In this document: one piece after another, positions 43,890 through 52,313 of the stretch
How the letters are laid out: every line of letters starts with the position of its first letter
How positions within the stretch are numbered: the first letter of the stretch is position 1
Virus record (IMG/VR): IMGVR_UViG_2788500332_000006
Span: 1 to 64,000 of that record
From: a virus
Lineage: Duplodnaviria > Caudoviricetes
Length of the DNA: 64,000 nt
Direction: 5' to 3' (one strand)
Position numbers and translations under genes: made by a program
Notes under the pieces: generated by a model
The model's input: only the letters and a program-made list of their open reading frames with translations
The model's database searches: none
Told to the model about the DNA's origin: nothing

Positions 43890-44285
43890 ATGTCCGCGAT
43901 CCTGACCAAGCTGGAATTCGACGCCTTTCTCGAAGAGAACCGGCAGGCACCTTCCCTCGAAATCGCCGAACCGACCTGGCGCGAGGCCGGCCCCGATCAC
44001 GCCCCGCGCGCCAAGCTCAAAGGCATCTGGACTATCGGCGGTCTGAGCCTGCACGTGGTGGCTCTTGAATGCCGGCTCGTGGCCCCGAGCGACTTCGATG
44101 AGGAAACCGGCGATGCCAAAACGCTGCCTTGGGACGCCCCGGGCGGCCTGATCGATTTCGCCCTCGGCGTTGAGGGCTTCGACATCGGAGAGCTCTGGTC
44201 CGCCCATGGCATGGAGGGCCACGCCGAGACCGCCATCATCGACGGCCGGCATTACCTGATCTTCGCCTCGCCCTTCTGCACCTAA
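43890..44285 (+). CDS. Hypothetical protein
   Basis: AGGAG RBS with hairpin motif. Confidence 0.8.
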   Translation: MSAILTKLEFDAFLEENRQAPSLEIAEPTWREAGPDHAPRAKLKGIWTIGGLSLHVVALECRLVAPSDFDEETGDAKTLPWDAPGGLIDFALGVEGFDIGELWSAHGMEGHAETAIIDGRHYLIFASPFCT

Positions 44286-44349
44286 CGCCATCTTCACGGC
44301 CACGACGTTCCGCCCTATCCTCCGGCCGACAACTTGGCTGGAGAGCAAC

Positions 44350-44697
44350 ATGTTCAAGCGTTCACTCTTCCTTGGCATAGCGCTGGCGATGACAGTGGGA
44401 TCGTCGGTCGCAGCTGATGATCCAGTTTTCGAGTTTGACTGGCTGGCGATATTCCGAACCGCCAACAAGTTTTGCGTTGGACAGAACTTCTCGGCAGAAG
44501 GCATCGACTTGCGCATGAAGCAGATTGGTAGGCGCCTCGGCTGGTCCCCGCAAAAACTCGCCGACGAAACTCTGTCTCGTGAGATCACCACTGAGATTGA
44601 CTTGCGCGTTAGTCAAACAGCCTTTTGCAACACTGCGAGAATGGGACGTCGGCAATACGGTGACGACTATCTCCGAAGAGTAGGCGTCATCTACTGA
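44350..44697 (+). CDS. Secreted hypothetical protein (lower GC)
   Basis: Signal peptide, two Cys, GGAG RBS. Confidence 0.75.
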   Translation: MFKRSLFLGIALAMTVGSSVAADDPVFEFDWLAIFRTANKFCVGQNFSAEGIDLRMKQIGRRLGWSPQKLADETLSREITTEIDLRVSQTAFCNTARMGRRQYGDDYLRRVGVIY

Positions 44698-44810
44698 ACC
44701 AAGAGCGATCGGCGTGATCTTCCCATTTCCCTAGCAGCACAACATCTCCAGGCCGGGCCACGCAGCCCGGCCTTTTCTTTTCCCCCAATCATGGGCTCAT
44801 GGAGACCGCG

Positions 44811-45008
44811 ATGCACAAGCACATCGTCGAGGTGAGGCTGCGCCTTGCCGTCTATGCCAACTCCATCGGTCAAGCTGTCGACCAGGCTTCCAGACACATC
44901 AAAGTCCGTTCCAGCGCCACCGTCCATCGGGATGGCGATGTGCAGATCGTTGCCTGGGAACCCCAGGGAGGTTCCGGCACGCAAACAACCGACAGGGGGC
45001 AGGCATGA
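44811..45008 (+). CDS. Hypothetical protein
   Basis: GGAG RBS with hairpin motif. Confidence 0.6.
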   Translation: MHKHIVEVRLRLAVYANSIGQAVDQASRHIKVRSSATVHRDGDVQIVAWEPQGGSGTQTTDRGQA

Positions 45009-45502
45009 GATTCACGAGGAAGCAGCGCTACGGCCCCTACGAGGACACGTCGCGCAAGCGGGCGGCTCTCGCCAGGAAGCAAAGGCTCGAGCGCGAAAGG
45101 CTGCCGCTGCTGGCCGAGATGATCGCCGAGCAGCAGCCCGATGCGGACACCGTGATGGCGGAGCGGGCGGTGAAGTGGACCATTTGGGAGCAGGAGACAC
45201 GTGACAGAAGGGCCGCGAACTGGCGACGCGCCCGCGCCCAGCTATTCGCCTATGGAGACAACATCCGGCGAACGCTCACCCGCCTGTGGAACTCCGCACC
45301 GTACCCGGCCACGCCGGAATACCTGCTCGACATGCTCCACCAGTTCGACCGCGGCAACCTCGACCCTGATAACCCGCCCTGGGTTTACCGAGGCCCCGGC
45401 CTGAAGACCGTCGACTTCACCGACATAGTCAACCGAGCGCGCGCCCGCCAAGGGCTGCCGCCTCTCGACGCCCCCGCCACTCATGGCACCAATGGAGACT
45501 GA
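45005..45502 (+). CDS. Conserved phage/plasmid hypothetical protein
   Basis: TSRKRAA..RKQR.ER..LPL.A..IAE.QP, WRRAR, YP..P.YLLDML. Confidence 0.75.
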   Translation: MRFTRKQRYGPYEDTSRKRAALARKQRLERERLPLLAEMIAEQQPDADTVMAERAVKWTIWEQETRDRRAANWRRARAQLFAYGDNIRRTLTRLWNSAPYPATPEYLLDMLHQFDRGNLDPDNPPWVYRGPGLKTVDFTDIVNRARARQGLPPLDAPATHGTNGD

Positions 45503-45503
45503 C

Positions 45504-47048
45504 GTGAACGCCCTTGTCCCACGCCCTTCCATCGAACAGATCGTCTCCTTCCGAGACCAGGCGATCTCCCGGTACGAGCAGGCATTCGAGAAGATCGCCG
45601 AGGCTGACGCCGCGGTTCGCGAGGCTGGCGCCTTATGGGAAGCCGCATCTCCGGGAAAGTCCGGCGAATGGTCGAGTTCGACCGACGAGATCAAGAACTT
45701 CCTCAACGCAGTCCGGCTGCCCGACCGCGATCAATATCTGCGCACGGCACGACGTCTGATCGACGTGACGGTCTGGGCGCACGTCATCGACATCGCCGGC
45801 ATCGAACCGCTGATGGACAGTCAGGCGAAGCAGGAACTGCGTGACCAGATGCGCTATATCCCCGAGCGCGTCGACCGCCACGGTGAGCTCATCAATCAGG
45901 ACGAAATCGACAAGACGCTGCCGCCGGTCACCGTTGACAATGTCATGGCGACGCTTGAGCGCTTCCGTGCCGACGCCGAACTGATCTTCCGCCGCGGCAT
46001 CGTCAATGCCTTCACCAAGCTGGACCGCCGCTTCAGATCGCACGACGGTTTCAAGATCGGTTCGCGCGTCATCGTGAACTACCTCATCCGCGACGGCCAC
46101 ATCTACAGCTCAAGCTCCCGCGCGGACATGCTCACCGATATTGAGCGCACCTTTCTCGTACTCGACGGGAAAACGGAGCGCGCCAAGTATGGCCGCATCG
46201 TCGACGAGCTCGATCGAGCGAACCCGTCGTCCTACTTCAATCGGCAGGCCTTCGAGGTGGAGAGCGACTATTTCAAGATCCGGTGCTTCAAAAACGGCAA
46301 CGCGCACCTCTGGATGACGAGAAAGGATCTGGTGAAGAAGGTGAACTTGATCCTCGCCGACCACTACGGCGAGGTTATCGGCGACGGCATGACGAAGGAG
46401 GACGATCCTCTTTCCCCTGACAAGGCGAAGACGACGCCGGCCCGCTACTTCGGCTTCTTCCCGACGCCGAAGGCAGCCGCCGACGAACTGCTGTCGGGCG
46501 CTCGGCTCCTTCGCTCGGCCGACCAGCCGCCACTGCGCGTTCTCGAACCGTCGGCCGGCACCGGCAACCTGGCGCGGCGCTGCTTCTGCCACCTGGAGGA
46601 CTACCCGGAGTACCATCGCCAGCGCTACGGTAGCGAGTACCGCTACGACAACAAGGTCGACTGCATCGAGATCCAGCCCCACCTCGCAATGCAGCTCGAA
46701 GCCGAGGGCATCTACAACCGGGTCACCTGCGGCGACTTCCTGCAGATGCGCCCCGATCCGGCCAACCTCTATGACGTCGTGGTGATGAACCCGCCGTTCG
46801 ACCGGGAGCGCGACATCGACCACGTCGTCCATGCGCTCCAGTTTCTGAAGCCCGACGGCTATCTGACGGCCATCATGTCGGCCGGCACAGAGTTTCGCGA
46901 GACCAGGAAGGCCATTGCCTTCCGCGAGATGATGGAGAAGATGCACGCCAAGTGGTCCGACCTGCCGGCCGGCTCGTTCGCCGAGGTCGGGACCTATGTC
47001 AACACCTGCATCGTCCGCGTCTACAAGGACGGGAGGCGCACCTATTGA
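45504..47048 (+). CDS. DUF4942-domain SAM-dependent DNA amino-methyltransferase
   Basis: FKNGNAHLW; FFPTP, VLEPSAGTG, MNPPF, LPAGSF; GTG start after GGAG. Confidence 0.88.
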   Translation: MNALVPRPSIEQIVSFRDQAISRYEQAFEKIAEADAAVREAGALWEAASPGKSGEWSSSTDEIKNFLNAVRLPDRDQYLRTARRLIDVTVWAHVIDIAGIEPLMDSQAKQELRDQMRYIPERVDRHGELINQDEIDKTLPPVTVDNVMATLERFRADAELIFRRGIVNAFTKLDRRFRSHDGFKIGSRVIVNYLIRDGHIYSSSSRADMLTDIERTFLVLDGKTERAKYGRIVDELDRANPSSYFNRQAFEVESDYFKIRCFKNGNAHLWMTRKDLVKKVNLILADHYGEVIGDGMTKEDDPLSPDKAKTTPARYFGFFPTPKAAADELLSGARLLRSADQPPLRVLEPSAGTGNLARRCFCHLEDYPEYHRQRYGSEYRYDNKVDCIEIQPHLAMQLEAEGIYNRVTCGDFLQMRPDPANLYDVVVMNPPFDRERDIDHVVHALQFLKPDGYLTAIMSAGTEFRETRKAIAFREMMEKMHAKWSDLPAGSFAEVGTYVNTCIVRVYKDGRRTY

Positions 47049-47061
47049 AAGGACAGAGAGC

Positions 47062-47511
47062 ATGGCCACCAAGCCCGCCTCCCGCCGCATCTGCAAGGCC
47101 ATCCCGTACAAGGGGAAATACTTGGCCCAGTTCGCGCTCCCTGGGCTCGAACCCGACTATGTTCGGGCTGGCGAAGCGGCCGTGCGTTTCAACACCGAAA
47201 ATGGTGCAGAAATAGCGGCGCTTAAGGCGTTCGCGAGGCTCTACGATTCTCGCACCGTCGACACCAGAAAAGCCGGTGGATACCGCCGCCTCACGGGCGC
47301 CAAGCTAGCCGTTCTGCTCAACGACATCGACATCACCCCAACCTATTTTGCCGAGATCGCGGGCGTGCCGCAGAGCCGCGTCATGAAATGGCTGGATGGT
47401 GAGCAGGATATCCCGCACTCAATTCATGTGCTGGCCCGCCTGCTGGCGATGTCGACGATCAACTTTGAGCACGCCGAAAGGATCACGATGGAATGTCAAA
47501 GCGAGACCTGA
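47062..47511 (+). CDS. Hypothetical protein with C-terminal HTH
   Basis: FAEIAGVPQSRVMKWLDGEQDIP. Confidence 0.7.
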   Translation: MATKPASRRICKAIPYKGKYLAQFALPGLEPDYVRAGEAAVRFNTENGAEIAALKAFARLYDSRTVDTRKAGGYRRLTGAKLAVLLNDIDITPTYFAEIAGVPQSRVMKWLDGEQDIPHSIHVLARLLAMSTINFEHAERITMECQSET

Positions 47512-47774
47512 CCACCACCGACTTCCGCGCCTGGCTTCAATCTATGGGCCTGTCGCGCAGTGCTACTGGCGTCGGTGCCGGCCTGATCGGGATTACCGGC
47601 CGCACCCGGGCCAGCGAGACGGCCACCGGCAAGCGCGAGCTCACCCTGACGGAGCGCCTTGCCATGTCGGCCGTCCGCGCCGGCCTCAATCCCTGGCAAC
47701 CCGAATACGAGACCGAACTGGCGGAGCGCTTTGGCGAGCCTCCCGCCATTTCTCGTGACTCCACCGCTGCATGA
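47493..47774 (+). CDS. Small HTH-like protein
   Basis: T..DFRAW...MGLS...LIG...G.REL..T.RLAM.A. Confidence 0.65.
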   Translation: MSKRDLTTTDFRAWLQSMGLSRSATGVGAGLIGITGRTRASETATGKRELTLTERLAMSAVRAGLNPWQPEYETELAERFGEPPAISRDSTAA

Positions 47775-48309
47775 CCGATTCCTCGGGGATGTAGTGGAGC
47801 GCCGCGCCGGCGTGGTCAATCGCGCACTGCAGGATCTTGATCCTGTAGTCGAGATCGCCCGGCGCGGCCGGGTGCCACGAATCCCAGCATATCGCGTGCT
47901 CGAGAACGTCGGCCATATAGGGCTTCGGCATGGCGGCCCGCACCCTGCCGACCATGCGCAAGCAATCGAGCTGGTAGCCGGTGATGTCGCTCGATGGGGC
48001 GCCACCGCCGCCGGCGTCCCCGACGGTCGGCGACTTCATGCCACGGACCTGGGCGCCCTCGAACAGATCCCGCAGCCGTAGCGCCACGTGGAATCGCGCG
48101 CCAGAGGTCCCAATTGGGTCGACGCTGGAGACGATCCGGCCGGTCGCCACCAACTGCTCGATGAGCCCCGCGTCCTTGCTGACGATGCCGATCTTTACTC
48201 CGGACATGACGAACATGCCGCGGCCATCGGCCATCGGCTCCGGTGCCGGCTCGGCCTCGCCCTCCTTCATCTTCTTGAGCTTGTCCAGGATGTGCTGACC
48301 GGTCGCCAT
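47686..48309 (-). CDS. Putative late-gene regulator (Q-position protein)
   Basis: Last gene of the replication operon; A.RLRDLFE..., GGGG linker. Confidence 0.5.
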   Translation of the reverse strand: MATGQHILDKLKKMKEGEAEPAPEPMADGRGMFVMSGVKIGIVSKDAGLIEQLVATGRIVSSVDPIGTSGARFHVALRLRDLFEGAQVRGMKSPTVGDAGGGGAPSSDITGYQLDCLRMVGRVRAAMPKPYMADVLEHAICWDSWHPAAPGDLDYRIKILQCAIDHAGAALHYIPEESVMQRWSHEKWREARQSAPPVRSRIRVARD

Positions 48310-48614
48310 TACCTTGCTCCCTTCCGCTGCGCGCGGCGCAGTTCGAGGAATTTCCCCTGCACCCGATCCAGGATGCCGCCGTCGAGTGGCTTGCCGTCCT
48401 CGAAGCGAACCGACCAAAGCTCGTCGAGCTTGTCCCTGCGCTCCTTGTCGGACATGGCCGATCGATTCCGGTAGGGCGACCTGGAGATGATGCCGGCGAC
48501 CTGCTTCTTTCCGAGACCGGCAACCAGCCCTACCGCCCGCTCGCTCATGCCGATCAGCCAGAGCACCCAGACGACGTAGACGGTGGCGTCCTTATGCCTG
48601 TCGATCTTGACCAA
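48309..48614 (-). CDS. Hypothetical protein (possible HTH)
   Basis: TTG start, coupled ORF. Confidence 0.6.
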   Translation of the reverse strand: MVKIDRHKDATVYVVWVLWLIGMSERAVGLVAGLGKKQVAGIISRSPYRNRSAMSDKERRDKLDELWSVRFEDGKPLDGGILDRVQGKFLELRRAQRKGAR

Positions 48615-48933
48615 CCCGCACCGCCTTTCGCTTCGTGATGACGGTGATCTGCCGGCGCCGCGGCTCGACCGTCTTGATCTTGAACGCAGCATTGGCTGCT
48701 GCAGCGGTTTCTCCTGCCACTTCACCGGAACGCTCCAGATGTCCGTTGATCCAAGCCGTCAGTCCGTCCGTCGCCGCCCTGAGAGCTTCCAGCTCGGTCG
48801 GGTAGACGTGCGGAGCCCCGCCCTTCCCCGTAATCGGTTTCGCGCTCGCGTCCTTGGCGGTGCGCACCATGGCGTGGTAGCCGCCATAAACCGGGGCCGC
48901 GAATGCCTTGAAGCAGTTGAGCTCGGCCATCAT
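48592..48933 (-). CDS. Hypothetical protein
   Basis: Coupled to the helicase gene. Confidence 0.7.
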   Translation of the reverse strand: MMAELNCFKAFAAPVYGGYHAMVRTAKDASAKPITGKGGAPHVYPTELEALRAATDGLTAWINGHLERSGEVAGETAAAANAAFKIKTVEPRRRQITVITKRKAVRVGQDRQA

Positions 48934-50345
48934 GCAAACTCCCGGCCTTCGTCGAGCAAATCAAATCTATCCTGATGCGTTATGAGATCGGAGAACCGTG
49001 TCGTTTTCCCCTCCCAATGGAATATCCTACGATCGCGCGATGCACCAAACCTGTCCTTGAGCTTGTACACTTCAATTCTCCCGGCGCTCTGGCTGCACTG
49101 ACTCTCCCAATCCAGCTTGGCCTTACTTTGGTTCGTCCTCGGAGGATTCCGCATCAGCCAGTCGTGCCGATTGAAGTTCGCCAGCATGACGTCGGCATGT
49201 TCTTCTAGGCTGCCGCCGTAGAAGTCCTCCATCTCCGGCTCAGGAACCTCTTTCTGGCGGGCTGATTTCGTGAACTGGCAAAGCGCGATGACGACGCAGT
49301 CGAGATCCTTGGCGAGGGTCTTGAGATCGCGTGCGTTCTCGTAGGCGCGCTCGACCGGGTCTATCCGCGTCTTGCTCGGCCGCTCGATGAGCTTCAGGTG
49401 GTCAACCACCAGCAGCCGGAGGCCGTGCTTTCGCTTGTGCGCAATGGCCCGGCTCCTGATCTGCTGCATGGTCACCTTCGCCTGATGGACGATGCGCAGA
49501 CGGCGCGACGCGAACGATTCCGACGCCTGCGCCATGCGGGCATACTGGTCTTCCGTCATGCCGCGCATGATGTCGCGTGCCGAAACGCCGGTGTCGCTGG
49601 CGATCGAGCGCGCCACGAGGCTGGTATTGTCCATCTCCAGCTCGAACAGCGACGCCGGCTCTTCCTCGCTGGTGAACAGCAGTTGCTGCATGGCGACCGC
49701 CGTCTTCGCAGCGCCGGGTCCGCCGCCCCACAGGACCAGCGAACTCGGCGCGAAGAAGCCGACCATCTCTTCCAGGCCCGACAGGCATGGGCGCAGCGCG
49801 ATCCCCTTCTTGGCCGACGGAGAGGACTTCTTCAGGATCTGCTTGATGGTCTCGGAAACCGTCGACTCGTATTCGATAGCCGCCGACCGGGAGATGTCGG
49901 CGATCCGCTCGCCGGCCCGATCGACGATGGCCTGAGCGTCGAGCCTCGGGTCCTTCACGCTCTTGATCATGCCCTCGGCGAGCGCCAGCACGCGCCGGCG
50001 TGTCGCCGCGTCGCGCAGATCGTAGGCATAGTCGGCGAGCGGGATTGAATCCTCCTTGCTGGCATAGTGCAGGAGCCCGGAGATATAGGCGTCAGGGTCT
50101 TGACCGTCCTTCAGGGCGCCGAGCCGGCCGGAGACCAAAGGGACGCGGATTGCGCGACCGTCCGACGCCAGCTCGGTCATCACCGCGAAGATCTTCTGGT
50201 GATCGTCGGAGCCGAAGCAGTCGATCGACAGGACGTCGCTGACGCTCCAGTAGTTTTCCTCGTTGAGCAGGATGGCGCCGAGCACCAGCCGCTCGATCGC
50301 CACGTTGCCGATCCCCTCAGTCGAGGTAGACGACGCTGCGTCCAT
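48930..50345 (-). CDS. dnaB: Replicative DNA helicase, DnaB family
   Basis: E..VLGAIL, GGPGAAKT, F.LEM, VVDHL, LK.LAKDL..VVIAL.Q, LEEHADV, K.RFG. Confidence 0.93.
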   Translation of the reverse strand: MDAASSTSTEGIGNVAIERLVLGAILLNEENYWSVSDVLSIDCFGSDDHQKIFAVMTELASDGRAIRVPLVSGRLGALKDGQDPDAYISGLLHYASKEDSIPLADYAYDLRDAATRRRVLALAEGMIKSVKDPRLDAQAIVDRAGERIADISRSAAIEYESTVSETIKQILKKSSPSAKKGIALRPCLSGLEEMVGFFAPSSLVLWGGGPGAAKTAVAMQQLLFTSEEEPASLFELEMDNTSLVARSIASDTGVSARDIMRGMTEDQYARMAQASESFASRRLRIVHQAKVTMQQIRSRAIAHKRKHGLRLLVVDHLKLIERPSKTRIDPVERAYENARDLKTLAKDLDCVVIALCQFTKSARQKEVPEPEMEDFYGGSLEEHADVMLANFNRHDWLMRNPPRTNQSKAKLDWESQCSQSAGRIEVYKLKDRFGASRDRRIFHWEGKTTRFSDLITHQDRFDLLDEGREFA

Positions 50346-51429
50346 TTCTCATGTCCTTCTTTCTGGTCTGCCAAACGTCGAGCCAGTCGTCTGGCTCAGG
50401 AGACGGAACGATCACGCACTCGACGCCCTCCTTGAGGGCGCGCTCCTGCAGGAGGTCGGCGGCGCGGATGCCGGGCGGCAGGTCGGCGCGGTTGGTTAGC
50501 TTGTTGAGGCGGTGACGGTCGCCGTCGGCGTAGATCTCGAGGCGGCGCACGCCCTTTGGAATCTGGAAGCCGATCATTCCGGAGGTCGACAGCGTCGCCC
50601 AGACGGGGACGCGGCAGCCGGTCAGCAACAGGACGCCGATCGACGTCTCGACGCCCTCGGCAAGCCGGAGAACTTCGCCGATCGGCGCAAGGCGCACCGC
50701 GCCGCCGGCGGCAGGGCCCAGACCGAGCTTGATCTTCTTCCCGTCCTTGTCGAGCAGGTTCGTCCCGTCCGGCCGAAGAAAAATCCGCCAGACAGCGATG
50801 AGCTTCCGGTCCGGTGCCTGCACACCACAGACCAGGGCGGGATGGAACTCGCCGCGTCGCAGCTCGACGCGTGGATTGAACCGCAGGCTGGGAGGCCATG
50901 GCCGGCCATCCGGAAAGTCGGAAAGCTCGATGTCGCGCCCCTTGAGGTGAACCTCGGCGAGCGTCCCGGCGATCGGCACCGACGCATGCCAGACCGCATG
51001 TGCCGTCTCCGCCTTCTCGGCGGTCTCGATCTCCGCCTGACGCTGCCGCTCGGCGGCACGGCGCTTCGATGCCTCCTGCGACTTGGCCCAAGCCCTCTTC
51101 TCTTCCGGCGTCAGCTCGCGGCCCCGGAGTTCAAGGTAGCGCTCCTTGGCAATCTGGACGGCCTCGCCATGTGACTTGCAGCCGAAGGCCAGCTCGATGA
51201 GATGGATGAGGTTGCCGCCACCCTTCGTGTTGCCTGCCTGCCCCTGCCAGAAGCCAACCATCCCGACGCGCGGCCCTGCAATATGGACCGAGCACTTCCC
51301 GTGGCAGTCGCCCCGCCAATAGTTCTTGTCCCTGCGGCCATCCGGGATGCAGTCCTCGGCGATCTGGGACGCGTGGTCGTTCAGCCGCTCGACGATCTCT
51401 TCGTAGGGGATCTTCTCGTGGACGGTCAT
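50317..51429 (-). CDS. Phage primase-like TOPRIM protein
   Basis: HPALV, GGAVRL, AEGVET, I.ADGD, DW.DV. Confidence 0.85.
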   Translation of the reverse strand: MTVHEKIPYEEIVERLNDHASQIAEDCIPDGRRDKNYWRGDCHGKCSVHIAGPRVGMVGFWQGQAGNTKGGGNLIHLIELAFGCKSHGEAVQIAKERYLELRGRELTPEEKRAWAKSQEASKRRAAERQRQAEIETAEKAETAHAVWHASVPIAGTLAEVHLKGRDIELSDFPDGRPWPPSLRFNPRVELRRGEFHPALVCGVQAPDRKLIAVWRIFLRPDGTNLLDKDGKKIKLGLGPAAGGAVRLAPIGEVLRLAEGVETSIGVLLLTGCRVPVWATLSTSGMIGFQIPKGVRRLEIYADGDRHRLNKLTNRADLPPGIRAADLLQERALKEGVECVIVPSPEPDDWLDVWQTRKKDMRNGRSVVYLD

Positions 51430-52313
51430 TATTCCGCCGCCCTCCAGAATATTTCGAGCTGCTCGCGCTCGGCGTCGAGCGCCCCCCGGCAAGCCTGATT
51501 GAGCCATAGAACCTCGGTGCGCGGCCGGGCGCCGTCGGCATAGGTGTCGAGCTCGAGGCGGTGCCAGCCGGCAAGCGTGTCGTCATAGAGCGGGTGGGAA
51601 TAGCCGGAGAGCACCACCATCCCCGACAGGCCGCGCAGCACATCGAGCAGCACCGCATGATCCTCGTCGGTCATCTCATGGGCATACATCCGCCAGCCGA
51701 GATCGTATTTGTTGCCTTGGACGCGCGTGGCAAGGACGTAGGGCGGGTCCACGTAGTGCAGCGTCTCCGGCCTGTCATGCTGGCGCATGACCTCAATGGC
51801 AGGCCTGCACTCGATCACCACGCCCGCCAGCCGCTCGATCAGCGCATCCATGGCGTCGGGGTAATGCGCCCAATCCAGCGCCGGCGTAGTGCCCGACCGG
51901 GAGCTATTGGCGCGAAAGCCCGTGCTCCGGTGCCCCTTGGCCGCCGAGGCATGGGCATTGCTGCCGAAGCCCATGAATGAGCGGATGACGAGGCGGCGGG
52001 CGCGCTCGATTGGATCGTCGGTCGGCTCGTAGGCCTCGCGAAACTCCTGCCGCGCGAAGGGTGTCAGCCGTAGGAGGTCCTGCAAGCGCCGCGCCGACGG
52101 TTCGTCGCGCAGCACGCGGAACAAGGTCACGACCTCGCCGTCGAGATCATTGTAAACCTCGCCATAGGCGCGCGGCTTGCGGATGAGCACCGATGCGGCG
52201 CCGCCGAACGGCTCGACATAGGTCCGATGCGCCGGGAAATGGCTGATGATCCAGGGGGCGAGACGCCACTTGCCGCCATGCCAGCGGAGAACGGGGCGCG
52301 TTGGGCGGTTCAC
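51429..52313 (-). CDS. Dam-like N6-adenine DNA methyltransferase
   Basis: WHGGKW, YVEPFGGAASV, NDLD, YVDPPY, LSGY. Confidence 0.93.
   Translation of the reverse strand: MNRPTRPVLRWHGGKWRLAPWIISHFPAHRTYVEPFGGAASVLIRKPRAYGEVYNDLDGEVVTLFRVLRDEPSARRLQDLLRLTPFARQEFREAYEPTDDPIERARRLVIRSFMGFGSNAHASAAKGHRSTGFRANSSRSGTTPALDWAHYPDAMDALIERLAGVVIECRPAIEVMRQHDRPETLHYVDPPYVLATRVQGNKYDLGWRMYAHEMTDEDHAVLLDVLRGLSGMVVLSGYSHPLYDDTLAGWHRLELDTYADGARPRTEVLWLNQACRGALDAEREQLEIFWRAAE

Noticed and set aside
31350-45487. Repeated motif as a CRISPR array or integron attC sites
   Set aside because: Only 10-12 bp, irregularly spaced by whole genes; no cas gene, integron integrase or attC boxes.
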